A DNA stretch of 64,000 nucleotides from Gekko japonicus (Eukaryota): contig NW_015165855.1 in NCBI RefSeq assembly GCF_001447785.1, positions 492,338 to 556,337 of the forward strand, in the 5' to 3' direction. This document shows positions 37,126-49,142 of the stretch, piece by piece. Made by a program: the position numbers and the translations under genes. How positions within the stretch are numbered: position 1 is the stretch's first letter; every line of letters starts with the position of its first letter. The notes beneath the pieces were generated by a model that ran no database searches, had not been told where the DNA came from, and was given only the letters and a program-made list of their open reading frames with translations.

Positions 37126-39328
37126 CTTTTCAGTATTCTCCACCTCTGAATTTAAATTGTTATCTTCGTTGCCTGTCAAAGGCACACCCAAGTGGCCATT
37201 ACCAAGAACATTGCCCGCAATCTGAACATTGGGGGTAAGAAAAGTGAACTCATTCTTCCTGGATTCTGAGGACAGGCACAGCTGGTAGGAATAAGGCAAA
37301 GTCCCATCTTCAAAGTTGGGTGGGAAGATGGCTCCAGCCTTTGAATGGGGAACAGGAGCAAAGCACTGCAGGAATTTGGGATTCCCTGATCTTCGAAGCT
37401 TCATCAGAATGGCCAGGATCACTGACAAGAGGAACAAGAATGACATCAAAGCCAAGGCCAGCACTAGGTAGAACTGCAGGTCAGACTGATAGTCAGGGCT
37501 GCTGGATTGATTTTTCATTGTTGTGTCCAGAATCAGCATCCACGGCCACCACCTTTGTGACCAGATATCCTGCCTCAGCAGAACGAGGTACCATCTCAAA
37601 CAAGGCTGAGCCCTTGGCTTCTTGTGAAGGGGACAGGATCCGTGGACTGTTGTCATTCCGATCCATGATGAACACCCTCACTGTGACATTGCTGCTGAGA
37701 GGGGGAGAACCACCATCTTGGGCCTTCACTTGCAACTGGAACTCTCTGAACTGTTCGTAGTCAAAGGACCTCTGGGCATAGAGAGTTCCCGTCTCAGAGT
37801 TAATGGAGATATACGAAGAAATGGGGAGCTTCTCAATGTTACTGTGGAGGATGGAATATGTGATTTGTGAGTTTTGGTCCACATCTGGGTCCAAGGCTTT
37901 GATAGTGAAAATGGAAGCACCAGAAGGATTGTTTTCTGGCACATAGATGATGTAGGAAGATTTCTCAAAAGCAGGGGAATTGTCATTGATATCAGAGATC
38001 TGTACTGAGACGGTTTTGTGTGTTGACATAGGGGGATTCCCTTTGTCAGTGGCTGTAATTGTAATATTATACTCAGAATGTTTTTCTCGGTCTAAGGGGC
38101 TGTCAGTCTGAAGCTTGTAATAATTATTAGAAGATGCCAGAATCTTGAATGGCATATGATTTTGTAAACTGCAAGTAACCTTTCCATTATCGCCAGTGTC
38201 TTTGTCATTTACATTGATCAGAGCTATTAAGGTTCCAGGTACAGAATTCTCAAGAATGGGGCTAAATAAGGAAACCAGAGTCACCTCTGGGGAGTTGTCA
38301 TTCTCATCAATAATCCTTATTTCAATGTTGCAATGTGTCTCTAATCCTCCCCCATCTTTTGCTGCCACTGTCATAGTATATTCTTCAGTTTGTTCAAAAT
38401 CCAATGGCTCTGTTACAGCGATCATGCCATTGTTGGGATTCAAATTGAATTTCTGATGGGCATTCAATGGTATATTGCTGAAATGATATTTGATCTCGGC
38501 ATAAGAACCCTCATCATTATCAGAAGCTACAACCTGGAGCACAGAAGTCCCCACTGCAATATTTTCCCTCAAACTAACCTTGTAGACCTCTTGAGTGAAG
38601 ATGGGTGGGTTGTCATTGGCATCAGTGACATTAACCCATATCTGGGCAGTTCCCGTTCTTCTAGGTTCACCCCCATCCAGGGCTGTAAGTGTGATGTGGA
38701 GGGTCTGTTCCTTTTCACGATCTAATGGTTTGCTTAGCACTAGTTCTGCATATTTGTTTCTATCTTGACTCTCTCTAACTTCCAACGTGAAATACTGGTT
38801 GGGGCTAAGCTGGTAATTTTGGAGAGAATTTACCCCAATGTCTGGATCTTCAGCTTTTCCAAGAAGAAATCTGGTGCCTGTCATAGTGGATTCAATTATT
38901 TCTAGCTTGATATTTTCATTTTGGAACTGTGGTGTATTGTCATTAACATCTTGGATTGTTACAGTCATATGGAAAATATTCAAAGGGTTTTCAATCACAG
39001 CCTCAAAATTAACAAAGCAAAGTTGATTCTTTCCACATATTTCCTCTCGGTCTATCCTGTCATTTACATAGAGATTTCCATTCTCTGGACTGATACCGAA
39101 ATACTTCATTTTAGCCACAGAGACAGAATGAAGGTTGTGCTTTGCTAGTTCTTTGGCATTCAGACCCAAATCCTTGGCAAGATTCCCTACAATAGAACCC
39201 TTTGGCATCTCTTCGGGTATGGAATACTGAATCTGCTCCGAAGCAGCCCAGCCAGAGAAAGACAATAATGAGAGAAGCAGTACTTGCCTTCTGAATGCCG
39301 GGACATTCTCTCTCTGCCTTCTTTCCAT
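37126..39328 (-). pseudogene. Pcdh gamma-B-like variable exon (unit 6) with a 218-bp frameshifting deletion in EC6
   Basis: The junction at 37519/37520 joins DSGHN directly to the juxtamembrane sequence, equivalent to losing 1421-1638 of unit 1. Stop at 37493-37495 after 611 aa. Donor AAG|GTAAGA at 37126 is intact, and 2203+218=2421 nt. Confidence 0.87.
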
Positions 39329-39556
39329 CCGGCCACTGAAAACAGGCTGGTTCCTTTTTCAGCTTCTGGTGATCAGATTAAATTCTGCTGAAGATGAAGC
39401 GACTTTCAGTAAGGAAAAATTAACTACCTTTCTTCATTGGTCTCATTTGTTCTCCGTTGTTGAATGTTTTTTCTTTGTGCTCTGCAGTTCCCGTGATCTG
39501 CTCTCACAGTGCGGGAAGCATCATTCATTTTCTATCCTGCATCCAGCTCTCAAATT

Positions 39557-39595
39557 GGCCTATAGCGGCACTTGGAGGCTCAGGGAAGAATTGCA
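39557..39595 (-). promoter_or_regulatory. CSE/CTCF site of unit 6
   Basis: TGCAATTCTTCCCTGAGCCTCCAAGTGCCGCTATAGGCC. Confidence 0.84.
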
Positions 39596-39952
39596 AGGAA
39601 AACCATTTCCAATATAAAACTGAGCCATTACCTCAATAGATATCCCCCGAAACTAAATCCTCTGTTCTTGGTCCCAAGTGCAGCACCTGAGAAGACTTTC
39701 CCTTTGTTTTCCTGCAACTGCTAATTCATTTATTTTGCTTCGTCCATATCTGTGTCTTTTAATATATGACTGTTCCTGTAGTGCTTTGAAATGGTGCATA
39801 GATTGTCTTGACTATCTCTGGAGTCAGTTTCTGAAGTTGATTTTAAAGTCCCTGATTATGGAGATTGCTTTTACGGTTTCATTTCTGAGAATGAATAACA
39901 GACATTGTTCTGGGATGCTACCATTTCCGCCATGGCTCCAAATATCTACACA

Positions 39953-41186
39953 GCTTCCCTAGTGAAAAGCTCACCTGCATCATCCCCCCCATCATCTCTC
40001 TGCAATGCACAAAACGATCCCTATATTATCACTCAAAGCAAATGCCAAGCCCTAAAGCAATATGGGTTTCACATCCTTTTAAATTCTGTTCCAGCCCCTT
40101 GGCGATATTTATGTACTATTTATTTTGAACATTTGTATGCTACCTCTTCAGAGGCCTGTTTGAGGCGGCTCACAGAGCAAGACAAAATCATCAAAATATA
40201 AAATAATTAAAGTTAGCAAGCCATTAAAAACCCAGTCAACAAAAACCCAGAGCATAAATCTCATAAAAACCCAGAGCATGATGCATTTCACAGCCTAAAT
40301 GGTTCACAGAACACTACTCAGGCTAGAAGCAAATGGTGTAAAGCAGTTTAAAAAAAAAATTCAAACCCCTAATGACCAGGAGGAAACATTATGAATGTTT
40401 GATATTTACCTTGGCTAATGTTGCTGGAATTGTTTTTTAAAAGATCTTTCTGTATTACACTGTTCTTGGATTCAGTCCATACTCTGTCAATCGCTTACAC
40501 CCTACTACTTGTCTGTTTGCCTCACCAATAAAACTACTTTAGTGAACAAAGTTGCCACGTCCCCCCGGGCTTCCCTAGTGAAAAGCTCACCTGCATCATC
40601 CCCCCCCCATCATCTCTCTGCAATGCACAAAACGATCCCTATATTATCACTCAAAGCAAATGCCAAGCCCTAAAGCAATATGGGTTTCACATCCTTTTAA
40701 ATTCTGTTCCAGCCCCTTGGCGATATTTATGTACTATTTATTTTGAACATTTGTATGCTACTTCTATCAGAGGCCTCTTTGAGGTGGCTCACAGAGCAAG
40801 GTAAAATCATTAAAATATAAAATAATTAAAGTTAGCAAGCCATTAAAAACCCAGTCAACAAAAACCCAGAGCATAAATCTCATAAAAACCCAGAGTATAA
40901 TACATTTTACAGCCTAAATGGTTCTCAGAACACTACTCAGGCTAGAAGCAAATGGTGTAAAGCAGTTTAAAAAAAAAATTCAAACCCCTAATGACCAGGA
41001 GGAAACATTATGAATGTTTGATATTTACCTTGGCTAATGTCGCTGGAATTTTTTTTTAAAGATCTTTCTGCATTACACTTTTCTTGGATTCAGTCCATAC
41101 TCTGTCAATCGCTTACACCCTACTACTTGTCTGTTTGCCTCACCAATAAAACTACTTTAGTGAACAAAGTTGCCACGTCCCCCCGG
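39953..41186 (+). repeat. Head-to-tail tandem duplication, unit about 616 bp, two copies
   Basis: 39953-40568 and 40569-41186 are nearly identical, with scattered substitutions. Confidence 0.93.
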
Positions 41187-41210
41187 CCACCACCAGGTGA
41201 TGGGGTGGGG

Positions 41211-41407
41211 TAGGGTTGCCAGCTCCAGTTTGGGAAACTCCTGGAGGTTTGGGGGAGGAGCCTGGGGAGGACAGGGACCTGAGTGGGGTACAATGTCAGA
41301 GAGTCCACCTTCCAAAGCATCCCTTTTCTCCAGGGGAACTCCATAGTCTGGAAATGAGCTGTAGTGCCAGGAGATCCGCAGACTCCACCTGGAGGCTGGC
41401 ATCCCTA
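41211..41407. mobile_element. MITE with TAGGGTTGCCA termini
   Basis: TAGGGTTGCCAGC ... GCTGGCATCCCTA. Degenerate relatives near 52.5 and 57.5 kb. Confidence 0.7.
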
Positions 41408-41424
41408 ATATAAAACCAGCAGAT

Positions 41425-41600
41425 AGATCCAGGTGTGCAGCTGTGTTGGTCTGAAGCTATAGAACAAAGTTTGAGTCCAGTGGCACCTTTAAGGCCAACA
41501 AAGTTTTATTCAAGGTATGAGCTTTTGTGTGCACACACACTTCCTCAGATACAGTGAAATGGAACTTACCAGTCCATACATAGACGGACTCAAACTCTGT
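41425..41600 (-). mobile_element. Penelope-like element terminus with a decayed hammerhead motif
   Basis: Minus strand GTATCTGAGGAAGTGTGTGTGCACACAAAAGCTCATAC at 41515-41552. Confidence 0.62.
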
Positions 41601-42147
41601 TATAAAACCAGCAGGTAATAAGACTATAAAACCATTTCAACAGCATACAGGAATCTTAGGAACATATAGGCAGGCCATAAAAATCAAACAATGGTTGAAA
41701 ATAGGCCAAGATGACAGACGATAAAAATTAAAATAATAAAAAAAATTGTTTAAAGGAGAGGTGAACAGAATTTGACCAACCTATGCTTTACCACAAGGCA
41801 CATCACTAGTCCCCACATCAGGCTGGCATAATCCGTGAGCAGATTTGTTTGAAGATCAAACAGCTCCAGAAGACTCACACAAGAGAAATGACAGATGCTG
41901 CTGTAGAAAGGAGATAGCCCAATGTCCCCAACTAATTTCTCCAAGGATTTTATCTTCTTCCCAGATTTGAAATAATGCAATCATTTGCTTTTTAATTAAG
42001 AGTAAGCCCCTCCTTCAACCAGAATCACACGCCAGTGAATTACAACAGTAAAAGTCCTCTGAAGAACAGATAACAAGCAACACACCAGAACAGAAATAGC
42101 AGAATGTTCAGAAACGGATCATTGTGAAAGTGGTCTACACCCATCCC

Positions 42148-42535
42148 CAGTGCTCTTTGTGTAGAAAAAGCCCAGCAGGAACTCATTAGCATAATAGGCC
42201 ACACCCAACAGCAGGAACTCATTAGCATATCGGGCCACACCCCTGACAGCACAGCTCATTAGACCGCACCCACATGTTACCAGAAGTGTAGCTATCCAGC
42301 CACACCCACCTTTTGCTTGTTATTCTGTTTACCTTGTTTGTTGTCAAAACCCAGGGCTTTTTTTGTAGCAGGAACTCCTTTGCATGTTAGGCCACACACC
42401 CCTAATGTAGCCAATCCTAATGAGTTTCTGCTGTTGGGTGTGGCCTATTATGCTAATGAGTTCCTGCTGGGTGTGGCCTACTTGGGAGCCAGCTGGAACT
42501 CCGTTCCTGTGCGTTCCTCCCCAAAAATAGCCCTG
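42148..42535. mobile_element. hAT-type MITE (composite)
   Basis: CAGTGCT.../...AGCCCTG ends. Perfect TSD CCCATCCC. A second CAGGGCTTTTTT terminus lies internally at 42352. Confidence 0.8.
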
Positions 42536-43142
42536 CCCATCCCATCTTGCAAGAGAGACAATTACAATATGCTGTACCTCTCATAGTTAAGAACCCTATT
42601 TTTAATTTCCAATACACATTTGCTAACCTTCGATTTGCAGTTTCTGATTTGTCTTCCTTAAACATTTTAGCTTGATCCAGTATCTCCTTGCTTACCTACA
42701 CATGTCTGCTTGCAGGTGTATGACTTTCCCCATTCACTTAAGTCAAGTGGTATGGCTGATGTACTGACACTTTATTCTAGTTGAATCACAGTTCCTGATG
42801 TTGTACCATATCAAAAGCTTTACTAGAATATAAGGCTTGAACCCATGCATGCATATTGACCTTTCAGTGACGACCTTCCTTCTACAGCCCCGTGTTCCCA
42901 AGAGGGGACTAAAAAGGTGAACCTCCTTCCCCCACAGCCTCAATCTGAACTGCCTGCGACTGTAGATGCCTGCAATTTACCTTTGGTAGAATCCGGTATG
43001 CTATTGGCAGCCAGTGCAATGCCTTCAGCACAGGCTGGATGTGCACCATTCCCTCAAATGACTAAACACAGCAAGATGTAGAGCTTTCAGGAATAATTTA
43101 CCAAAGGAAATAAGGTAACCAATGTAATTTCTAAGCTTTTCA

Positions 43143-43542
43143 CAGGGGTCATTTTGTAGAAAAAGAGGTGCAGGAGCTCATTAGCATAACTCATTTGCAT
43201 ATACCACACCCCCTGACATCACCGGAAGTGTGTCAGAAGGCAACACCCACCACTCAGGCTCCACTGGACTGTTTTGGATTGCTAGCTATTGGGGGGGGGA
43301 AGTGCAGATCTGTCCTCACAGAGGAGGAAGAGCTTGTACCTGAATAAAACTTGGTCTTAAAGGTGCCACTGGACTGTTTTGGACTGGAGGGCTGGGGGCG
43401 GCTCTGCAATTTACCTGGCTGCTTCTTGCTCAGACTCAGGGATGCTGGGAGCAGGGGGTGGGGCTTGTTGCATGTGCCTACCCCCTGGGCTCTTTACTGC
43501 CGGAGCTCTGCTCCTGTGCGCTCCTGCAGGAAATGACCCCTG
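43143..43542. mobile_element. hAT-type MITE (CAGGGGTCATTT family)
   Basis: TIRs plus perfect TSD GCTTTTCA. Confidence 0.9.
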
Positions 43543-43735
43543 GCTTTTCATACAGACTTTTGGCTGGAAGAGTTTTCAGTGATACGTTGTTATGATTTAA
43601 CGGATTTATCGAAAACCATTTTAAGCGCAGGATAAAGGAATAGGAAATATTTTAATAAACAAATAAAATCTGTTCCTTCCAACTGGAAAACTACAACATG
43701 ATTTCTATTTTGCACCAAAGACAAAGACAGCTCAC

Positions 43736-46150
43736 CTGGATGTTGTCTGAATCCCCATTAAAACGTTTTGTGTCTTCAGCACTGAGGAAAGGATCCCTTA
43801 TTTCACAAGGCTGCTGACTTGGCAGAATATCAGAGGATGTACCCTTTGGAAAGGCAAAATTGCTCTTCTGAGAGTCTGTGGTGAGAGAGAAGTCGTGGCA
43901 GTAGGAGTGAAGAAAAGCTTGGACTCCACTGATTCCTACGAACTGTGAAACTGGGACGCCACTGAAATTCCCACTCCCAGAATCATACAACTGAGAATTC
44001 CTCCACCTGCGAAGTCTGAGTGCCAACAACACAAGGAGGAAGATGAAAAACAAGCAGGAGACAAAAGCCACAGCAACCACCAGATAAAAAGGGAGGTCCG
44101 ACTGGGGGTCTGCAGGAGCTGAGATGCTGCTAATATCAGAGAGGCTTTCAGGGATGCTGTCGGCCAACACCACAGTGACCGTGACTGAGGCAGACAGAGG
44201 GGGCTGCCCATTGTCCTTCACTAAAACCACCAGGCTTTGCCTGAGAGCGTCCTTGTCCAGAAAGAAGCGGGTCGTCCTGATCTCTCCAGTGTGGAGTCCT
44301 ATGGAGAAGAGCCCTGGCTCTGTGGCCTTGAGTAGCTGATAGGAGAGCCAGGCATTCTGGCCAGAGTCTGCATCCACTGCCACCACCTTAGTGACCAGGT
44401 AGCCAGGCTCAGAAGAGTGAGGAGCCAGCTCAACTCCAGTGGAGCCATCAGTAGGGACAGAAGGGTACAGGATTTCTGGGGTGTTATCATTCTGATCCAG
44501 AATGAAAAGAGTCACTGAAACATTGGAGCTGAGTGATGGGGATCCTCCATCTTGGGCCTTGACTAGGAAGTTAATTTCTCTGAACTGTTCATAATCAAAG
44601 GCGGTCAAGGCATAAATAATCCCAGTTTCAGAATTAATGGAAAGTAAGGAAGAAAGGGGAAAATCAGCCATCTGACTTTTTATAATGGAATACATTATTC
44701 TGGCGTTCTCTTCCCAGTCTGGATCATTTGCCTTGAGTGAGAAGACAGAAGCACCTCTTTGATTATTCTCGATGAGGTAGGAAATGTAGGAGGATTGGGG
44801 GAAGAGGGGAGGGTTGTCATTTATGTCTAAAATTAGGAGTGGAATGATAATGGAAGTAGAAAGTGAGGGTGTCCCATGGTCTGTGGCTGTGATTGTGATG
44901 TTGTAAGTTGTCACTTGTTCCCGGTCCAGGGCTCTGTTGGTTACCAAACTATAGTAACTACCATAGGATGTTGTCAGTTGGAAAGGGAGGTTATTGGGAA
45001 CTGAACATACAACTTCTGCATTGTTGGATGAATCCTGATCTCGCACATTTAAGAGCGCTATTGCAGTCCCTGGTGGAGAATTCTCAGGGACTGAGTTGAT
45101 GACAGAGGTTATTATCACTTCTGGTGCATTATCATTCACATCAGTAACAAATATCACAACTTTTGACTTGTCAAACAACTCTCCACCGTCATGGACCTGG
45201 GCTTCCATTTCATATTGTGTAGAGTCTTCATAGTCTAAATTTCCTGCAAGAATTATTTCCCCTGTGTTAGAGTCTAGGTGAAATATTTGCGAAGCTTTTG
45301 CTGTGATTTTCATTAATGAATACTTCAGTTCTTTGTTTATCCCTTCATCCAGGTCAGTGGCTTTTAATGTAACCACTGTGCTTCCTATAGAAATATCTTC
45401 TTCAACACAGACTTCATAGATACGTTGGTTAAAAACAGGTGGGTTGTCATTAGCATCCAGAACAATCACATGAACCTGCAAAGTCCCAGTCCTGAGAGGA
45501 ATTCCCCCGTCATACGCTGTGAGTACCAGATTATGATCAGTTTCTTTTTCACGGTCGAGGGGCTTTTCCAGCAGTAATTCAGCATATTGCCTGCCATCCA
45601 CTGTTGTTTCCATGTTGAGGGAAAAATGGGTATTGCTACTGAGCTTGTAACCTTGAAGAGAATTATTCCCTAAATCAGGATCCTGAGCTTCATACAGTGG
45701 AAATAGGGATCCTGTTGGAGTTGACTCGCTGATTTTGAGCTTCATTTTCTCTGAATGAAATCTGGGAGCATTATCATTAATATCTGTAATTTCCACTCTG
45801 ACTCCATAAACTTTCATTGAATCCCCAACTATAATCTCAAAATCCAGGAGACACTTTTCCACCCGTCCACAGATCTCCTCTCTGTCTATCCTCTCTGTGG
45901 AATACATATGGCCACTCTTGTAATTTAAAGCAAAATGCTGGGTCCTACCTGAGGAGAAAATGTGGACTCCACGGTGTGAGAGCTCCTTTATTTCCAGCTT
46001 CAGGTCTTTCGCGATGTTCCCCACCAAATAACCTTTTTCTGTTTCTTCAGGCATGGAGTAGTGAATCTGCCCAGTAACAACTTGCCAAATGTTTACAAAA
46101 ATTAAGCAAAAGACAGCTCCCATTTTGCAGTCCCAGTGAAATGTTGTCAT
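43736..46150 (-). CDS. PCDHGA: Protocadherin gamma-A-like variable exon (unit 7), intact, 805 codons
   Basis: Full ORF with VCD SQFVGISGVQAFLHSYCH. Donor CAG|GTGAGC at 43736/43735, phase 0. Confidence 0.92.
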
Positions 46151-46417
46151 TGCCAGTCCTGTCTGCTTTAGTCTTATGAAGGTGTATCTAATCCTTTGAT
46201 GAGGTGACGAACAACAGACTTATGTTAGCTTGATCTGGATGTGTCAGAAACGGTTGTTTTAACTTCCAGACAGCCTTTGTACTTAACACTGTCTATACTT
46301 TAACAATACTCTAAATTTAAAATAAAATCCTTCAGCGCAGGTGTGATCATCCTCTCAGGGTTTTCTGCTATGAAAGAAATAGTTTGGGAAGGCTGAATTT
46401 GTCACTGCTCAGTCTTG

Positions 46418-46456
46418 GTTGAACAGTGACACCTAGAGTCTCAGGTAATAATTTCA
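46418..46456 (-). promoter_or_regulatory. CSE of unit 7, CACT variant
   Basis: TGAAATTATTACCTGAGACTCTAGGTGTCACTGTTCAAC, about 275 bp upstream of the ATG. Confidence 0.75.
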
Positions 46457-48120
46457 GCCAACGATTGGTCAAAACTCACATTGCCAGATTCTCACTCTTT
46501 TATGGGATATTTTGTACCCATCCTGGTTTATGACTGCAGCACATTCCTCTGTCGAGAAAAATGATTGTTCTCTGCGTAGAATAAGCTTATGTGCTGAACA
46601 GGCTATCACCCCCAGACTAATAACTCAAAAGCAGATCTACAGTAGCCACTGCAAAAGACTCGGCGCATCATGGTAAATTATTCCTGACATTTCTAAAGGC
46701 ATTAAGCATTTTCCATCTGGCTTTTAAATACTCCAGCCCTTATCCAAAGATATGCGAATTCTGCAGCTTTAGCACAAGTATCAATATTACAAACGTTGGT
46801 TACCTTCTACGGGGCTGAGGGGTGGGAAAGTGAAACTTGTGTTATGAAGGGAGAGGGAACTGGGAGGGATGCATAGGAATCCACCATTTAAAAACAATTA
46901 TTCATAGTTAAAACATTTATATCCTGCTTTTACCCTCCCTGGGACTATGTCCCTTAATAATATATTTTAAAATGATACCTGATTGCAAGTTTATTTTATA
47001 TATTTCATTTATACCCCACCTTTCTCCACAACGGGGACCTAAAGAGGTTTACATAATTTTCTTCTCCTCCATTTTATCCTCGCAACAACTATGTGAGGTA
47101 GGTTAGCTGAGAGGGTACAACTGGCCCAAGGTCACCCGACAAGTTTCCATGGAAACCCGGCTCTCCTTGATTCCAGTTTGACATGTAGCCCCTACACAAC
47201 ACTGGCACAACACAGTGCAAGCAAATGATTGATTTCCCTATAATATCTTCTGTCCATGACACATTCCCCAAGTCAGAGCATGAAGTGAAGTTAAAATATG
47301 TGACATCTAAGATCAAGCACCATAACTATGATGCATTGTGTTTTCTATTATTGAGCAAAATATGAATATTAGGCCCCATTTCACCTCCCCACACTCACAA
47401 AGAACATGCATTCAGCTTGGCATCAGGACTGTAGCAAGAGACTCAACCAACTGATTATGTGCATTGGGCTCGATGTGGGTATCCTCTGGCTGCATGATGG
47501 GGGACCCCAATAGAGCTGTGCAAAAGAAAAGAAAAAACAACCCAACATTTTCCAGTTCAGGTCTATTGGAACCAATTTTTTTTTTTTGGTATTTTTGAAA
47601 AATCTCATTTTTTCCAGGTCCAATAGACCCAAACTGGAAAATGCGAGTTTAAAAAACAAACCAGACGGACCCTGGGGCTGGCTTGGCTTCTCCTGCAGTG
47701 CAGTTTAAATTGAGTTGCAGGAGAAGCTGGCCGCAGGATCTGCCTGTGGAGGGGAGGTCTCTCCTCACCGCATGCAGACCCAGGATCTGCGTGTGGCGGC
47801 TCTTGCCGCCCCAGTTGATCCTGGCTCCTCTTGCAGCTTGGTTTAAATTGAGCTGCAAGAGACGATCAGCTGGGGGAGGCCGGGAGCTGAGAGCTCCATC
47901 CTGTCTTCGCTGGGGCTGCCTCCCCAGCTCCTGCAGCCTCAACTGATCCTCAGTATAGCTGAATATACCCGAATAAAAGCTGAAAAATTGGCTTTTATTC
48001 AGGCTCAGCTATACTGGTAGCTGATCACATTCTCTAAATCTGTATTCATTTTAAACAACAGTATGCTATAAGCGGAGAAGCATTCTTCTGTGCACAAACT
48101 GAGAAAGACTAAGCTGCAAC

Positions 48121-48458
48121 CTAGGGCTTTTCAGCATTCTCATTTTCCTCACTTCCCCCCACACATGTGTTTTGTTCCCTCTAGTGGTCGATTTAATCTT
48201 ACATTGCTTTATGTTCAGTATATCTCCCTGCAGATTTGAACTGCGGATTTTTATGCCAGACAAAAAGTGATGTAATATCTGATCAACCACTAGAGGGAGC
48301 AAAACTTGTTGTTAGCCGCCCTGAGCCATTGGGTAGGGTGGCATAGAAATCTCAAAAATAAATAAATAAATAAATAAATAAAACATGTGTGGAACAGAAA
48401 AAATACCACCCAAACTAACAGGAACACACAAGTGAGGAAAATGTTGAAAAGCCCTAGT
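48121..48458. mobile_element. Palindromic MITE-like element carrying two CTCF-like motifs, interrupted by a short retroposon tail (about 48306-48382)
   Basis: Arms CTAGGGCTTTTCAGCATT / AATGTTGAAAAGCCCTAG, TTTTCCTCACTT / AAGTGAGGAAAA, CCACACATGT / ACATGTGTGG and CCCTCTAGTGGT / ACCACTAGAGGG. Confidence 0.75.
48271..48303 (+). promoter_or_regulatory. Candidate strong CTCF site oriented opposite to the promoter CSEs
   Basis: TGTAATA-9nt-CCACTAGAGGGAGC, a near-consensus core plus an upstream-module-like heptamer. Confidence 0.62.
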
Positions 48459-48769
48459 TACATTGGAGTAGCCTTCCAGCAGATACTGTGAATGTCTCTC
48501 AGCAAGTGCCATCATGGTGTTTCTATTAGCAGCCATCATTTTCTGACTAGATTTTAAATGCTCTGGAATCCTCTACCATTTGAAAGAAAATCACCTCTGC
48601 CATGGAGCATTTAGATAAATTCTGCACTCTGTAAGTCATTATTATAAAATCGTACTAAATAAGTTTGCAGACTACCTCAGAAGATATTAGAACAGGATAA
48701 AACTTTTTTAAAAAGTCTGTAAAGAACACTCTTGACAACTATTGCTAAATCGAAGCAAAATTACAAAAG

Positions 48770-48872
48770 GCGAGCAAGCTCCTGAGGTTGGCGGAGGACA
48801 GGAGGGCCCGGCGTGATGTGGGCCATGGGGTTGCAAAGAGTTGGACTCGACTGTGCGACTGGACAACAACAA
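48770..48872 (+). mobile_element. RTE/BovB-like LINE 3' fragment
   Basis: CCATGGGGTTGCAAAGAGTTGGACTCGACTG...GACAACAAC tail. Confidence 0.72.
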
Positions 48873-49142
48873 AAAACACAACATCCCAGTTAGGGTCAAA
48901 CAAGATGTGGCAGCATCTTTGTGGTAGCCACAAGGACACCACCATCATTCTAGTAACTTGGATATTCCTTAGTTCATTTTTCTTAAAAAAACATATATTT
49001 TTGTTCATTTCATATCATGCCAGATAATACATTCTATATAAAAAGGAAGAGCAGTATAATTGTGGTCTGATTATTCTTTTTCAGTCACAAATTAAAAGCA
49101 TCACTAAACAGCATGCAAACACTTTCTAGAATAAAAACTCAC

